Shown one piece after another: positions 1-12,129 of a DNA stretch of 54,707 bases. Every line of letters starts with the position of its first letter. The first letter of the stretch is position 1. The notes under the pieces are model-generated. The model did no database searches, was not told where the DNA came from, and worked only from the letters and a program-made list of their open reading frames with translations. A program made the translations under genes and the position numbers. Location: positions 1 through 54,707 of the forward strand of contig CAJXFT010000003.1 in assembly GCA_913053235.1 (NCBI GenBank), given 5' to 3'. Origin of the DNA: an uncultured Alphaproteobacteria bacterium (lineage in GTDB: Bacteria > Pseudomonadota > Alphaproteobacteria > UBA828).

Positions 1-1435
1 GCACCAGTTTGGCGTCCGGCGCCAGGCGCAGGATCCGGGCCACGATATCGTCGAACTCGGGATGAAACTTGAACAGGCTTTGCGGGCACATATAGAGAAT
101 ATCGGCGTCCGGCAGGCCGAGCGCCTCGCGCGTCTTGACCAGGCGCTGTAAATGCGGCCGCCGGTAGTTGTTGGAAACCCCCTTCATGCGCAGCAATTTT
201 TCGCTGTAATGCGCGTCGGCGCCTTCAGGCTCACCTAAATCAAGCCCCAGCCAATAGTCCAGCGTGGCGATTCCGCTGGTTACCGGATGGCCGCCGGCAA
301 CGCATTGCACATGCGCCAATCTGGCGAAGGCGAGGAAATAGCTGGTCGGCTCCATGCCGATATCGGTGTATATCAGGACATCGAGCTTATCGGCGGCGAT
401 CGCTTTTTGGCAGGCGGCCAAATTGATTTCGGGCAACACCACGGCCTTGTCGGCGCGCGCGCTCATTTCCGCCCAGACATCGTCGAGATCGTCTTCGAAG
501 GTGTAAATGAAGGTACGGAAGCGGTCCTTCGGATAGGCCGCCAATGCCCGGCCGAAGGTCCAGCCGATGGCATGATCGCGAAAATAGCGTGAGATGATCC
601 CCAGACGAATGGGCCGCTCGATATTCTCCGGCTTGGCGGAGCGGCAATGCGGTGCAACGAAATTCAATGACGGGCAGGCGCGCCGGAAAAACCGCGCCAC
701 GGTTTCCTGGAGCGGCCTGTCGTCCATGCCGTGATATGCGAGATAGAAATTGGTCCGCTCGATGACCCAGGCCGGATTCTCGATCACGATATCCTGCTTG
801 GCCAAATTCGATACTTCTCTGGCGAAATGCTCGCGATATTCGAGAATCTGTTGCGACGATTTGGCGATCACCGGCAACAAAGTCGCCAATTTGAGCCTGA
901 GCAGGACGTTGGACGGATCGATATCGAGCGCCCGTTGCAAATGGGCGCGCGCCTTTCCCACCGCACCCCATTCGCGGAAAACGGCCGCCAGTTCTTCGTG
1001 CGCCACGGCGCGGTCCGGGTCGATTTCGATGGCTCTTGTCAGCAGTTCATAGGCTTCGACATATTGACCGATGATTCTGAGCGCGATGCCCAAATGGGTC
1101 AGGGCGTCGGCCGAATCCGGATCGAGGTCAAGCGCCGTCCGGTAGCAGGATATCGCCTTGTATTTCTTGCCGAGGCGCGCATAAAGGCCGCCCAGATTGG
1201 CATGCCCGTCGGCATGTTCGGGTGCCAATGACACCGCCTGGGTAAACAGCTCGAACGCCTTTGTTAATTCATCCCGCTCCTTCAGGAGGATGCCGAAATT
1301 GATCAGCGTCGCGACATTGTTCGGCGCGTGGCGAAGTATCTTGCGGTAGCCTTTTTCGGCGCCGCGTAAATCGCCCTGTTGATGCTTGGCGACGGTCTTG
1401 TAGAAGAACGCTTCCGTCGTTCGCGCTTGGCCCAT
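1..1435 (-). CDS. TPR-repeat O-GlcNAc transferase-like glycosyltransferase (GT41/SPINDLY family), 3' end beyond window
   Basis: Manually translated from ATG at 1435 (MGQARTTEAFFYKTVAKHQQGDLRGAEKGY...). Several TPR repeats (HANLGGLYARLG...AISCYRTALDLDP), then GT41-type motifs LDVLIYTDIGM, RLAHVQC, GHPVTSGI..LDY, HYSEKL, CPQSLFKFHPEFD. No stop before base 1, so it is absent from the ORF track. Confidence 0.85.
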   Translation of the reverse strand, partial: MGQARTTEAFFYKTVAKHQQGDLRGAEKGYRKILRHAPNNVATLINFGILLKERDELTKAFELFTQAVSLAPEHADGHANLGGLYARLGKKYKAISCYRTALDLDPDSADALTHLGIALRIIGQYVEAYELLTRAIEIDPDRAVAHEELAAVFREWGAVGKARAHLQRALDIDPSNVLLRLKLATLLPVIAKSSQQILEYREHFAREVSNLAKQDIVIENPAWVIERTNFYLAYHGMDDRPLQETVARFFRRACPSLNFVAPHCRSAKPENIERPIRLGIISRYFRDHAIGWTFGRALAAYPKDRFRTFIYTFEDDLDDVWAEMSARADKAVVLPEINLAACQKAIAADKLDVLIYTDIGMEPTSYFLAFARLAHVQCVAGGHPVTSGIATLDYWLGLDLGEPEGADAHYSEKLLRMKGVSNNYRRPHLQRLVKTREALGLPDADILYMCPQSLFKFHPEFDDIVARILRLAPDAKLV

Positions 1436-1494
1436 TGAAATCCCCGCCGGATTCACCGGTTTCCGCTATCTACCGGGAATTTAAGGATTCCGAT

Positions 1495-1510
1495 TTAAGG
1501 TTTCGTAAAC
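1495..1510. promoter_or_regulatory. possible CtrA box upstream of the TPR-glycosyltransferase
   Basis: TTAA-ggtttcg-TAAAC, one mismatch from the TTAA-N7-TTAAC consensus, 60 bp upstream of the start codon. Confidence 0.3.
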
Positions 1511-1528
1511 GATGCCGCAGAGGGCCGT

Positions 1529-3286
1529 CTAGCCGCGCATTTCATCCCGCCGCGCGGCGGTCGCGGCGCCGTCGATCTCCAATTCGGAGTTCAGCACCAC
1601 GCCATAAGCCTCGCGCGCATGTTCGACGCTGCAGAAATCATCCAGCACATCCTCGCGCACCTGCTCAGGCGTGCGCGCCAGCGGATCGCCATAGCCGCCG
1701 CCGCAGGCGCTCAGGACGCCGATGCAATCGCCCTTCTTGTTGCGCAGGCCGTGAACCTTGGCGGGCAATTCCTCGACTTGGTCGGGCGCCGCGATATTGA
1801 ATTTTTGCACCTGCGCGGCAACGCCATCGCCGCCGCCGAGGAAGCCCCACGGCGGGTCCTCGTGGCGGTCCGATTCATGGGTCAGATAGCCATCGGTCAA
1901 ATAGCGCTGCACCTTGACCATGCCGATGCCGCCGCGATACTCGCCGGCGCCCGGCATGACATCGTCACGCAGTTCATAGCGGTCGCAAATGAGCGGCAGA
2001 TGCATGCCCAGATCCTCGATCGGATTGTTGCGCGTGTTGCGCATCAACTCCTCGATGCCGTCGGGTCCGTCGGATTCGGGCCGCCCGCCATAGGCGCCTT
2101 CATTGACCTCGATAAAGACCCAGTAATTGCCCTCCGGGCGGACGCCGGAATAGGCGATGGCCGAAACATCGGCCGAGCAGCCGGCCGTGACTTTTTCCGG
2201 AATGACCGGCGCCAATGCCTTGATGATGCAATCCACCACGCGCTGAATTTGATTGAAACGCGCTTCCGCGGCGGCCGGATATTCCGGATTGAAGATCGAG
2301 CCCTTGGGCGCGGTCACCTTGATGGGCCGGAATGAACCTTCATTTTGCGGCACATGCTCCGAGATCGTGGCGCTGTCGAGCAGCATGGCACGGAAGGCAA
2401 AATAGCAGGCGACCTTGGTCGAACCCTCGAAAGGCACGTTGAAAGCGGTCGGCACCTGCGGCGAGGAACCGCTGAGATCGACCTCGGCGGAATCTCCCTC
2501 GATTCGCACGCACACTTTTACCGGCAGGGTTTTGCCGCGATTGCGCCCGTCATCGTCCAAAAAACCTTCGGCGCGGTATTCGCCGTCCGGGATCGCCGCG
2601 ATGCGCTTGCGCAGCATGGCCTCGGAATAATCCATCAATTGCCGGGTGGCGGCGAACACGGTGTCCTTGCCGTACATGTCGAGCAGTTCGACGAAGCGCT
2701 TGACGCCGGGCTCGACGGAAGCCACCTGGGCCTCGATAGCGCCCAGCACCTGGTCCGGCACCCGGGTGTTGGTGGCGATAAAATGCCACAGCGCCCGGTT
2801 GCGCACGCCGCCTTCATAGAGCTTCACGCCCTTGAACAGCATGCCCTCGGCGAAGACGTCGGGGACATCGATGATCAGGCCCGGCGTGGCGGCGCCGATA
2901 TCGACATGATGCGCGGTGTTGGCCGAGAAACCGACCAGTTCGCCCTCGTAATAGACCGGCGCCACGGCGGCGATGTCGGGCGAGTGGCTGGAGCCGTAAT
3001 AGGGGTGATTGTGGATCACCACGTCGCCCGGCTGCCAGGGGTCGTGCAGCGTCTCGTTGATGCCGCGCAAATAGGCCGGAATCGAGCCGATATGCATCGG
3101 TGTGGAATCGGATTCGCACAAGGTATTACAGTCGGCGTCGAACAGGCCGGCGCCGAGATCCTCGGATTCGCGAATGATCGAGGAATAGGACATGCGGTAA
3201 AGCACATGGCCCATTTCCTTGGCGATGGTATGCAACGCGCCGCCGATAACTTGCAAGGTGATCGGATCGACTTCTATTTTGCTCAT
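1529..3286 (-). CDS. hyuB: hydantoinase B/oxoprolinase family subunit (pair 1; N-methylhydantoinase-like)
   Basis: 585 aa. DPITLQVI N-terminus, SYSSIIRESEDL, NHPYYGSSHSPD, HHVDIG, GAGEYRGG, GGGYGDPLAR. Confidence 0.9.
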   Translation of the reverse strand: MSKIEVDPITLQVIGGALHTIAKEMGHVLYRMSYSSIIRESEDLGAGLFDADCNTLCESDSTPMHIGSIPAYLRGINETLHDPWQPGDVVIHNHPYYGSSHSPDIAAVAPVYYEGELVGFSANTAHHVDIGAATPGLIIDVPDVFAEGMLFKGVKLYEGGVRNRALWHFIATNTRVPDQVLGAIEAQVASVEPGVKRFVELLDMYGKDTVFAATRQLMDYSEAMLRKRIAAIPDGEYRAEGFLDDDGRNRGKTLPVKVCVRIEGDSAEVDLSGSSPQVPTAFNVPFEGSTKVACYFAFRAMLLDSATISEHVPQNEGSFRPIKVTAPKGSIFNPEYPAAAEARFNQIQRVVDCIIKALAPVIPEKVTAGCSADVSAIAYSGVRPEGNYWVFIEVNEGAYGGRPESDGPDGIEELMRNTRNNPIEDLGMHLPLICDRYELRDDVMPGAGEYRGGIGMVKVQRYLTDGYLTHESDRHEDPPWGFLGGGDGVAAQVQKFNIAAPDQVEELPAKVHGLRNKKGDCIGVLSACGGGYGDPLARTPEQVREDVLDDFCSVEHAREAYGVVLNSELEIDGAATAARRDEMRG

Positions 3287-3312
3287 ATCCTTGTCCTCCC
3301 GCCGGCTCGGAA

Positions 3313-5406
3313 TCAGGCCGTTTCGCGGACGTGCAAATTACCGAATTCCGATACTTCGGCCGCATAGCCGGGTGGAATCAAAACCGTCGAATCCTGCTGA
3401 ATGACGATGGCCGGGCCCGCTACCGACTGCCCGGCGGCGAGCTTGGCGCGGTCATAGCGCGGCGTTTCCAGGGTTTCGCCGCCATCGAAAGTGGTGGCGC
3501 GCGCATACATCACCGCATCTTTCGGATTTTTCCCTTTGCCGGGCGCCAATTTGGGCCAGTTCAGCCGCTCCGTCGCCGCCACCGCGATCACCCGCAAGGT
3601 GATGATTTCGATATTCTGATCTTCGAAGGCATGGCCGTAATCGCGGCGGTGGGATTCGTGGAAATTGTCGATCAACACCTGTTTGTTGCCGGCATCGAGG
3701 GTGGCGGTGGGAAATTCGGCGCGCAGCTCGAAGCCCTGCCCCTGATAGCGGCATTCGGCGATGCGGATGAATTTGCGCGCCGCCGCCGCCACGCCATCGG
3801 CGGCCAGCGCCGCGCTGGCCTGTGCCACAAGCTCGTCAAGCTGGTCGTTGAGGGTGTCGAGCTCGCCCGCATCGGCGGCGCTGATGGCGATCAACACAGA
3901 GCGGGTAAATTCATACTGCGTGTCGGTGGCCAACAGCCCGGTGGCGGCGTTGATGCCCGGCGCCGGCGGAATCAGCACTTCGCGCGCCGCCACGGTTTTG
4001 GCCAGGGCGACGCCATGCAGCGGCCCGGCGCCGCCGAAGGCGACCAGCGAATAGTCGCGCGGGTCGATGCCCTTGGCCACCGAGTTGGCGCGAATTTCGA
4101 GCGCCATGTTGGAATTGATCACCCGGATGACGCCGAGCGCCGCCTCCTCGAGGCTCATGTTGAGCTTGGCTGAGAGGTTGCTTTCGATGGCTTGGGCCGA
4201 AAGCCTGGGGTCGATCGCCACGCCGCCGCCGAGAAACTGCTCGGCGTCGAGGCGGCCGAGCACCACTTGCGCGTCCGTCACGGTGGGCTCGACGCCGCCT
4301 TTGCCATAGCATGCCGGCCCCGGATCTGCGCCGGCCGAGCGCGGACCGACGCGAAACGCGCCGCCCTCGTCGACATAGGCGATCGAGCCGCCGCCGGCGC
4401 CGATAGTCGCCAAATCGATCATCGGCGTCAGGATCGGATAGCCGCCGACATTGGTATCGCGCGGATTCATGATGCGCACTTCGCCGCCCGGAACGACGCT
4501 GATATCGGCCGAGGTGCCGCCGATATCGACGGTGATCAAATTCTCGACGCCGGACAGGTCGCCCGCCCATTTGCCGCCGATGACGCCGCCCGCCGGCCCC
4601 GACATGAGGATCGTCACCGGCCGCTCGCTGCCGCCGTCGATGGTGGTGATGCCGCCGTTCGACTGCATGATGCGGATTTCCGCCCGCACACCTTCGGCGC
4701 TGAGCGCGTTCCGCAAATTGCCCAGATAAAACGACGTGCGCGGCCCGATAAAGGCGTTCATCGCGGCGGTCGAAAAGCGCTCATATTCGCGGATCACATC
4801 GGCCACTTCGCTGGAACAGCTGACATAGGTATTGGGCAGGATTTCCTTGACGATCTGCTTGGCGCGCAATTCATGCGCGTCGTTGAGAAAAGCAAACATG
4901 AAACAGATGATGACGGCATCGACGCCGCGCCTTTTCAGGAGTTCGGCCGCGGCGCGCACTTCACCCTCGTCCAATGCCACTTCGACGCGGCCGTCCGGCG
5001 GCAGGATGCGCTCCGAAATGGCAATGCGGTTGCGCCGCTTGACCAGCGGCTTTGACTGCCACGGCACGTCGAACTGCATGGAGAAATTATGCGGCCGCTT
5101 GCCGCGCGCCAAAAGCAGGATGTCGCGGAACCCACGCGTCGTCAGCATACCCACTTCGGCGCCGTCATATTCGATCACCGAATTGGTGGCGATGGTCGTG
5201 CCATGCACTATTTTTTCGATATCGCCGAGCGCCACGCCGGCCATTTCGCAAATCTCATTGATACCGCGGATGACGCCGATCGACTGATCCTCGGGCGTGC
5301 TCGGCACCTTGTGCACCATCACGCCGCCCGAATTGCCGCCAATCGCTTCGGATTCGAGAATGAGGTCGGTGAACGTGCCGCCGACATCGACGCCGATATT
5401 AGCCAT
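3313..5406 (-). CDS. hyuA: hydantoinase A/oxoprolinase family ATP-binding subunit (pair 1)
   Basis: 697 aa. DVGGTFTD, HGTTIATN, REYER, SGPAGG, DIGGTSAD, GAGGGS, GPACYG, FGGAGPLH. Confidence 0.92.
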   Translation of the reverse strand: MANIGVDVGGTFTDLILESEAIGGNSGGVMVHKVPSTPEDQSIGVIRGINEICEMAGVALGDIEKIVHGTTIATNSVIEYDGAEVGMLTTRGFRDILLLARGKRPHNFSMQFDVPWQSKPLVKRRNRIAISERILPPDGRVEVALDEGEVRAAAELLKRRGVDAVIICFMFAFLNDAHELRAKQIVKEILPNTYVSCSSEVADVIREYERFSTAAMNAFIGPRTSFYLGNLRNALSAEGVRAEIRIMQSNGGITTIDGGSERPVTILMSGPAGGVIGGKWAGDLSGVENLITVDIGGTSADISVVPGGEVRIMNPRDTNVGGYPILTPMIDLATIGAGGGSIAYVDEGGAFRVGPRSAGADPGPACYGKGGVEPTVTDAQVVLGRLDAEQFLGGGVAIDPRLSAQAIESNLSAKLNMSLEEAALGVIRVINSNMALEIRANSVAKGIDPRDYSLVAFGGAGPLHGVALAKTVAAREVLIPPAPGINAATGLLATDTQYEFTRSVLIAISAADAGELDTLNDQLDELVAQASAALAADGVAAAARKFIRIAECRYQGQGFELRAEFPTATLDAGNKQVLIDNFHESHRRDYGHAFEDQNIEIITLRVIAVAATERLNWPKLAPGKGKNPKDAVMYARATTFDGGETLETPRYDRAKLAAGQSVAGPAIVIQQDSTVLIPPGYAAEVSEFGNLHVRETA

Positions 5407-5458
5407 GGCTCCGCCTGTTCCGTTACGTTGATTTTCTCCCGCGCCGGCGCATCATAAT

Positions 5459-5474
5459 ATCTGTCCGGACAAAT
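5459..5474. promoter_or_regulatory. palindromic operator candidate upstream of hyuA pair 1
   Basis: AT-c-TGTCCGGACA-a-AT (10-bp perfect palindromic core) next to a minus-strand TATGAT hexamer at 5451-5456. Confidence 0.3.
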
Positions 5475-5507
5475 TGGGAGCGCGATCGCGGAAATTCTTT
5501 TGCCGCC

Positions 5508-6494
5508 TCAGCCCGCCTCCGGCACCAGCGCCAGCGCCTGCTCGATGACCTCCGGCCCGGCGCCCGGGAGCGGCACATGTTCGCTTAAATAACGCCGCCA
5601 GGCGCGCGCGCCGGGGCGCGCGTGAAACAGGCCGAGCATGTGCCGGGTGATGTGGTTGAGCCGCGCGCCGCCGCTTAAGGCACGTTCGGCATAGGGCAGC
5701 ATGGCGCGGGCGATATCGTGGCGGCTCGGGGCTGCGTGGGCATCGGAAAAAATGCGCGCATCTGCCGCGGCCAATATGTAGGGGTCTTCGAAGGCGGCGC
5801 GGCCGATCATCACGCCATCGACGCGATGCAAATGGCGCGCCGCTTCGTCGAGGCCGCGCACGCCGCCATTGAGAATGATCTCGATCCCCGGCAATTCTTC
5901 TTTCAGGCGGTAGACGCGGCCATAATCGAGCGGCGGGATCTCGCGGTTCTGCTTCGGGCTGAGGCCCGCCAGGACGGCGATGCGGGCATGCACGGCGAGG
6001 CTTGCCATGCCGGCGCCGGCCAGTATTTCCGCGAAGCCGCGCAAATGCTCGAAACTGTCATGCCCGTCGATTCCGATGCGGCATTTGACGGTGACCGGGA
6101 TATCGACGGCGTCCGCCATGGCACTGACGCAGCGCGCGACGAACTCGGGCTCGGCCATCATGGCGGCGCCGAAGCGGCCGCTTTTCACGCGATCGCTCGG
6201 GCAGCCGACATTGAGATTGATCTCGCCGTAGCCGGCGGCCTGGCCGAATTTGGCGGCCCTACCCAGCGCCGCCGGATCGCCGCCGCCGAGTTGCAGCGCC
6301 ACGGGGTGCTCCGCCGCGTCGAAGGCCAACAGCATTTCGCGCTTGCCATGGAGGATGGCGGCGGCGGTGATCATTTCGCTGTACAGCAGCACATGGCGGC
6401 TGAACCGGCGCAGGAAATAGCGCCCGTGCCGGTCCGTGCATTCCATCATCGGCGCCACGCTCAAACGCCTGTCGGTGACCGATTTTTTGGCCAT
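5508..6494 (-). CDS. dusA: tRNA-dihydrouridine(20/20a) synthase DusA
   Basis: SVAPMM.CTDRH, EHPVALQLGG, EINLNVGCPSDRV, VTVKCRIG, GLSPKQNREIPPLDY, GVMIGRAA. ATG at 6494 preferred over TTG at 6500. Confidence 0.93.
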   Translation of the reverse strand: MAKKSVTDRRLSVAPMMECTDRHGRYFLRRFSRHVLLYSEMITAAAILHGKREMLLAFDAAEHPVALQLGGGDPAALGRAAKFGQAAGYGEINLNVGCPSDRVKSGRFGAAMMAEPEFVARCVSAMADAVDIPVTVKCRIGIDGHDSFEHLRGFAEILAGAGMASLAVHARIAVLAGLSPKQNREIPPLDYGRVYRLKEELPGIEIILNGGVRGLDEAARHLHRVDGVMIGRAAFEDPYILAAADARIFSDAHAAPSRHDIARAMLPYAERALSGGARLNHITRHMLGLFHARPGARAWRRYLSEHVPLPGAGPEVIEQALALVPEAG

Positions 6495-6524
6495 ATCCAA
6501 TCATTACCGGAACCCGTCCCACCA

Positions 6525-6552
6525 TTGACAGGCGCCGAATTGTCTCTATATG
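6525..6552 (+). promoter_or_regulatory. sigma70-type promoter of the metF-metH operon
   Basis: TTGACA (6525-6530), 16-nt spacer, (C)TATATG (6547-6552), immediately before the riboswitch. Confidence 0.65.
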
Positions 6553-6561
6553 TCAAGAGAT

Positions 6562-6622
6562 TGGAAGCGCCGATTTGAGCGACAGCTTGCGGGCGCTATA
6601 GAAATCCGGCTAAAGCGAGGGG
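6562..6622 (+). ncRNA. SAM-II (SAM-alpha) riboswitch
   Basis: P1 AGCGCC (6566-6571)/GGCGCT (6592-6597) enclosing GATTTG...TTGC, an A-rich linker, then GCTAAAG and a purine-rich GAGGGG. This matches the SAM-II pseudoknot pattern and precedes methionine genes. Confidence 0.85.
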
Positions 6623-6653
6623 TACCGCCCGGTGATAGCTGGAGCTGTTATTT

Positions 6654-7622
6654 TTGGATGGGCCCCGTATGAACGACACATCGTCCATATTCGACAATCC
6701 GCGCGCACTTCCGGGCGACAGGCTGGGCGCCGCGGTATGCGCGCCGGCGAAGACGGAAATATCCGTCTCCTTCGAATTTTTTCCGCCGACGAGCGACAAA
6801 ATCGCGGCCCAGCTATGGAACGCGATCCTCCGCCTGGCGCCGCTAAGCCCGAATTTCGTTTCCGTCACTTACGGCGCCGGCGGCAGCACCCGCGAGCGCA
6901 CCTTCGATACCGTGCGGCGCATCATGCTCGATACCGATCTCACGCCGGCGGCGCATTTGACCTGCGTCGGCGTTTCGCGTGGCGAGGTCGACGATGTCGC
7001 GCGGCGTTATTGGGATGCCGGGGTGCGCCATGTGGTGGCGCTGAGGGGCGACCCGCCCGAAGGCGCGGCGAAATTCGAGGCGGCGAAAGACGGCTACCAA
7101 TACGCCTCTGACCTGGTGGCCGGCCTGCGCCGCGTCGCCGATTTCGAAATCAGCGTCGCCGCCTATCCCGAGGGCCATCCCGAGGCCGAGAGCGCCGCCA
7201 GCGACCTCGACAATCTCAAGCGCAAGATCGACGCCGGCGCCACCCGCGCCATGACCCAGTTCTTTTTCGATGTCGATCTGTTCCTGCGCTTTCGCGACCG
7301 CGCCACCGCCGCCGGCGTCATCGTTCCGATCGTGCCCGGCATCCTGCCGGTGACCAATTATGGCCGCCTCGTCGATTTCAGCGCGCGCTGCGGCGCCTCG
7401 CTGCCGGGCTGGCTGGCGCGCCTGTTCGATGGGCTCGACGACGACCCCGATACGCGCCGCCTGATCGCCGGCTGGATCGCCATCGAACAATGCCGCAGAC
7501 TGCAATCCAACGGCGTGCACAACTTCCATTTTTACACGCTCAACCGGGCCGAGCTGACGCGCGCGATCTGCCATGCCCTCGGCGTTCGAGGCTCGCTGCC
7601 CGTGGCCGGAATCGTGCCATGA
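6654..7622 (+). CDS. metF: 5,10-methylenetetrahydrofolate reductase
   Basis: [53 protein letters not shown]. Start is TTG 6654 (GGAG 9 nt upstream) or ATG 6669. Confidence 0.95.
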   Translation: MDGPRMNDTSSIFDNPRALPGDRLGAAVCAPAKTEISVSFEFFPPTSDKIAAQLWNAILRLAPLSPNFVSVTYGAGGSTRERTFDTVRRIMLDTDLTPAAHLTCVGVSRGEVDDVARRYWDAGVRHVVALRGDPPEGAAKFEAAKDGYQYASDLVAGLRRVADFEISVAAYPEGHPEAESAASDLDNLKRKIDAGATRAMTQFFFDVDLFLRFRDRATAAGVIVPIVPGILPVTNYGRLVDFSARCGASLPGWLARLFDGLDDDPDTRRLIAGWIAIEQCRRLQSNGVHNFHFYTLNRAELTRAICHALGVRGSLPVAGIVP

Positions 7623-8676
7623 CGGAACGCCGGGAACGGGCGCAAAGGCTGGAAGAGATGGCGCGCGGGCGCATTCTCATTTTCGATGGCGCCATGGGCA
7701 CCATGATCCAGCGGCTCGGCCTGACGGAAGCCGATTTTCGCGGCGACCTCTTGGCCGAACATAATCGCGACCTCAAGGGCAACAACGACCTGCTGTCGCT
7801 TACCCGCCCGGATGCCATTCGGAATATTCACGCCGAGTTTCTCGCGGCCGGCGCCGATATCGTGACCACCAACAGTTTCAACGCGACGGCAATGTCGCAG
7901 GCCGATTACGGCACCGAGAATTTGGTGCGCGATATGAATATCGCGGCGGCCCGCCTGGCCTCGGAAGCGGCGCGCGCCGCCGCGACGCCGGCATGGCCGC
8001 GTTTCGCCGCCGGCGCCATCGGCCCGACCAGCAAAACCGCCTCGATCTCGCCCGATGTCGCCGATCCGGGTTACCGCGCCGTCACCTTCGACGATTTGCG
8101 CGACGCTTATTTGCAGGCCGCCACCGGCCTGGTCGAAGGCGGGGTCGATCTTCTTATCATGGAGACGGTGTTCGACACCCTGAACGCCAAGGCCGCCATA
8201 TTCGCCCTCGAGGAACTGTTCGACGAGCTCGGCTTTCGCCTGCCGCTCATCCTCTCGGGCACGATCACCGACCTGTCCGGGCGCACCCTGACCGGGCAGA
8301 CCACCGAAGCGTTCTGGAATTCGGTGCGTCACGCGGCGCCCTTCGCCATCGGCCTCAACTGTTCGCTCGGCGCCGAGAACATGCGCCCCTATGTGGCCGA
8401 GCTGTCGCGCGTCGCGGATACGCGCGTCTCGGCCTATCCCAATGCCGGCCTGCCCAACGAGTTCGGCGAATATGACGAAACGCCGGCGCAAACGGCGGCT
8501 TTCCTAAGCGAATGGGCCGAGACCGGGCTGGTAAATCTGGTCGGCGGCTGTTGCGGCACGACGCCCGAACATATCCGCGCCATCGCCGAGGCGGTGGCCG
8601 GCACCCGGCCGCGCGAGATACCGGCGGCGTCCCCGCATCTCCGCCTTTCCGGCCTTGAGCCGCTCGAGATCCGCGC

Positions 8677-8680
<4 letters not shown>
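7619..8680 (+). CDS. metH: methionine synthase, N-terminal homocysteine S-methyltransferase half (split MetH)
   Basis: ATGA overlap with the metF stop. [52 protein letters not shown]. Confidence 0.93.
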
Positions 8681-11340
<2,660 letters not shown>

Positions 11341-11376
11341 GCGCCGACAATAAGAAACAGGAGAGGACCACGAGCG

Positions 11377-12129
11377 ATGGATTGGAGCACGGATTTTTCC
11401 GGCAAGAGCGCATTCGTCACCGGTGCCGGCAGCGGCATGGGCCGCGCCGTCGCCAGCGGCCTGTTGCAGGCCGGCGCCGACGTCACCCTCTTCGACCTCA
11501 AGGAGGCGCCCGGCGATTTGCCGGAGGGCGGGCGCTATGTTCAAGGCGATGTCAGCGACGATGGTGCCGTGGCTGCTGCCATCGGCGGCCAGGCGGAGGC
11601 GTCCGGGCGGCTCGATTACCTCGTCAACGCCGCCGGTGTGCTGTGGTTCGAGCGCGACAAATCGGCGGTCGATATCGATCTCGAACTGTGGGACCGCGTG
11701 TTTGCGATAAATCTCAAATCCGTCGTCCATACGGTGCGCCACGCCGTACCGTTTATGAAACAATCGGGCGGCGGCGCCATGGTGCATTTTTCCACCATCC
11801 AATGCCTGCGCGGCGACGCCCAGCCGCAGGACGCCTATCAGGCTTCCAAGGCCGGCATGGTGGCGCTGTCGAAATCCGTCGCCATCCAATTCGCCGCCGA
11901 CAATATCCGCTCCAACGTGATCTATCCCGGCCCGACGCTGACGCCGATGCAGCAACGCTGGCATGACGACCCCGCCACCGGCCAGGCGATCGCCGATTAT
12001 GTGCCGCTGAAGCGCCTCGGCACGCCGCAGGACATGGCCAATGCCTGCCTGTTCCTGCTTTCGGGAGCGGCGGGTTTCGTCACCGGTACCGAACTGATCG
12101 TCGACGGCGGCATCACCGCCCTGCCCTAG
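11377..12129 (+). CDS. SDR family oxidoreductase (probably NAD-preferring)
   Basis: TGAGSGMG, Asp at the end of beta-2, NAAG, YQASK. Strong SD (GGAGAGG) upstream. Confidence 0.88.
   Translation: MDWSTDFSGKSAFVTGAGSGMGRAVASGLLQAGADVTLFDLKEAPGDLPEGGRYVQGDVSDDGAVAAAIGGQAEASGRLDYLVNAAGVLWFERDKSAVDIDLELWDRVFAINLKSVVHTVRHAVPFMKQSGGGAMVHFSTIQCLRGDAQPQDAYQASKAGMVALSKSVAIQFAADNIRSNVIYPGPTLTPMQQRWHDDPATGQAIADYVPLKRLGTPQDMANACLFLLSGAAGFVTGTELIVDGGITALP

Noticed and set aside
287-1231. ORF-track entries at 287-592, 387-971 and 731-1231
   Set aside because: They are shadows of the minus-strand TPR-glycosyltransferase.
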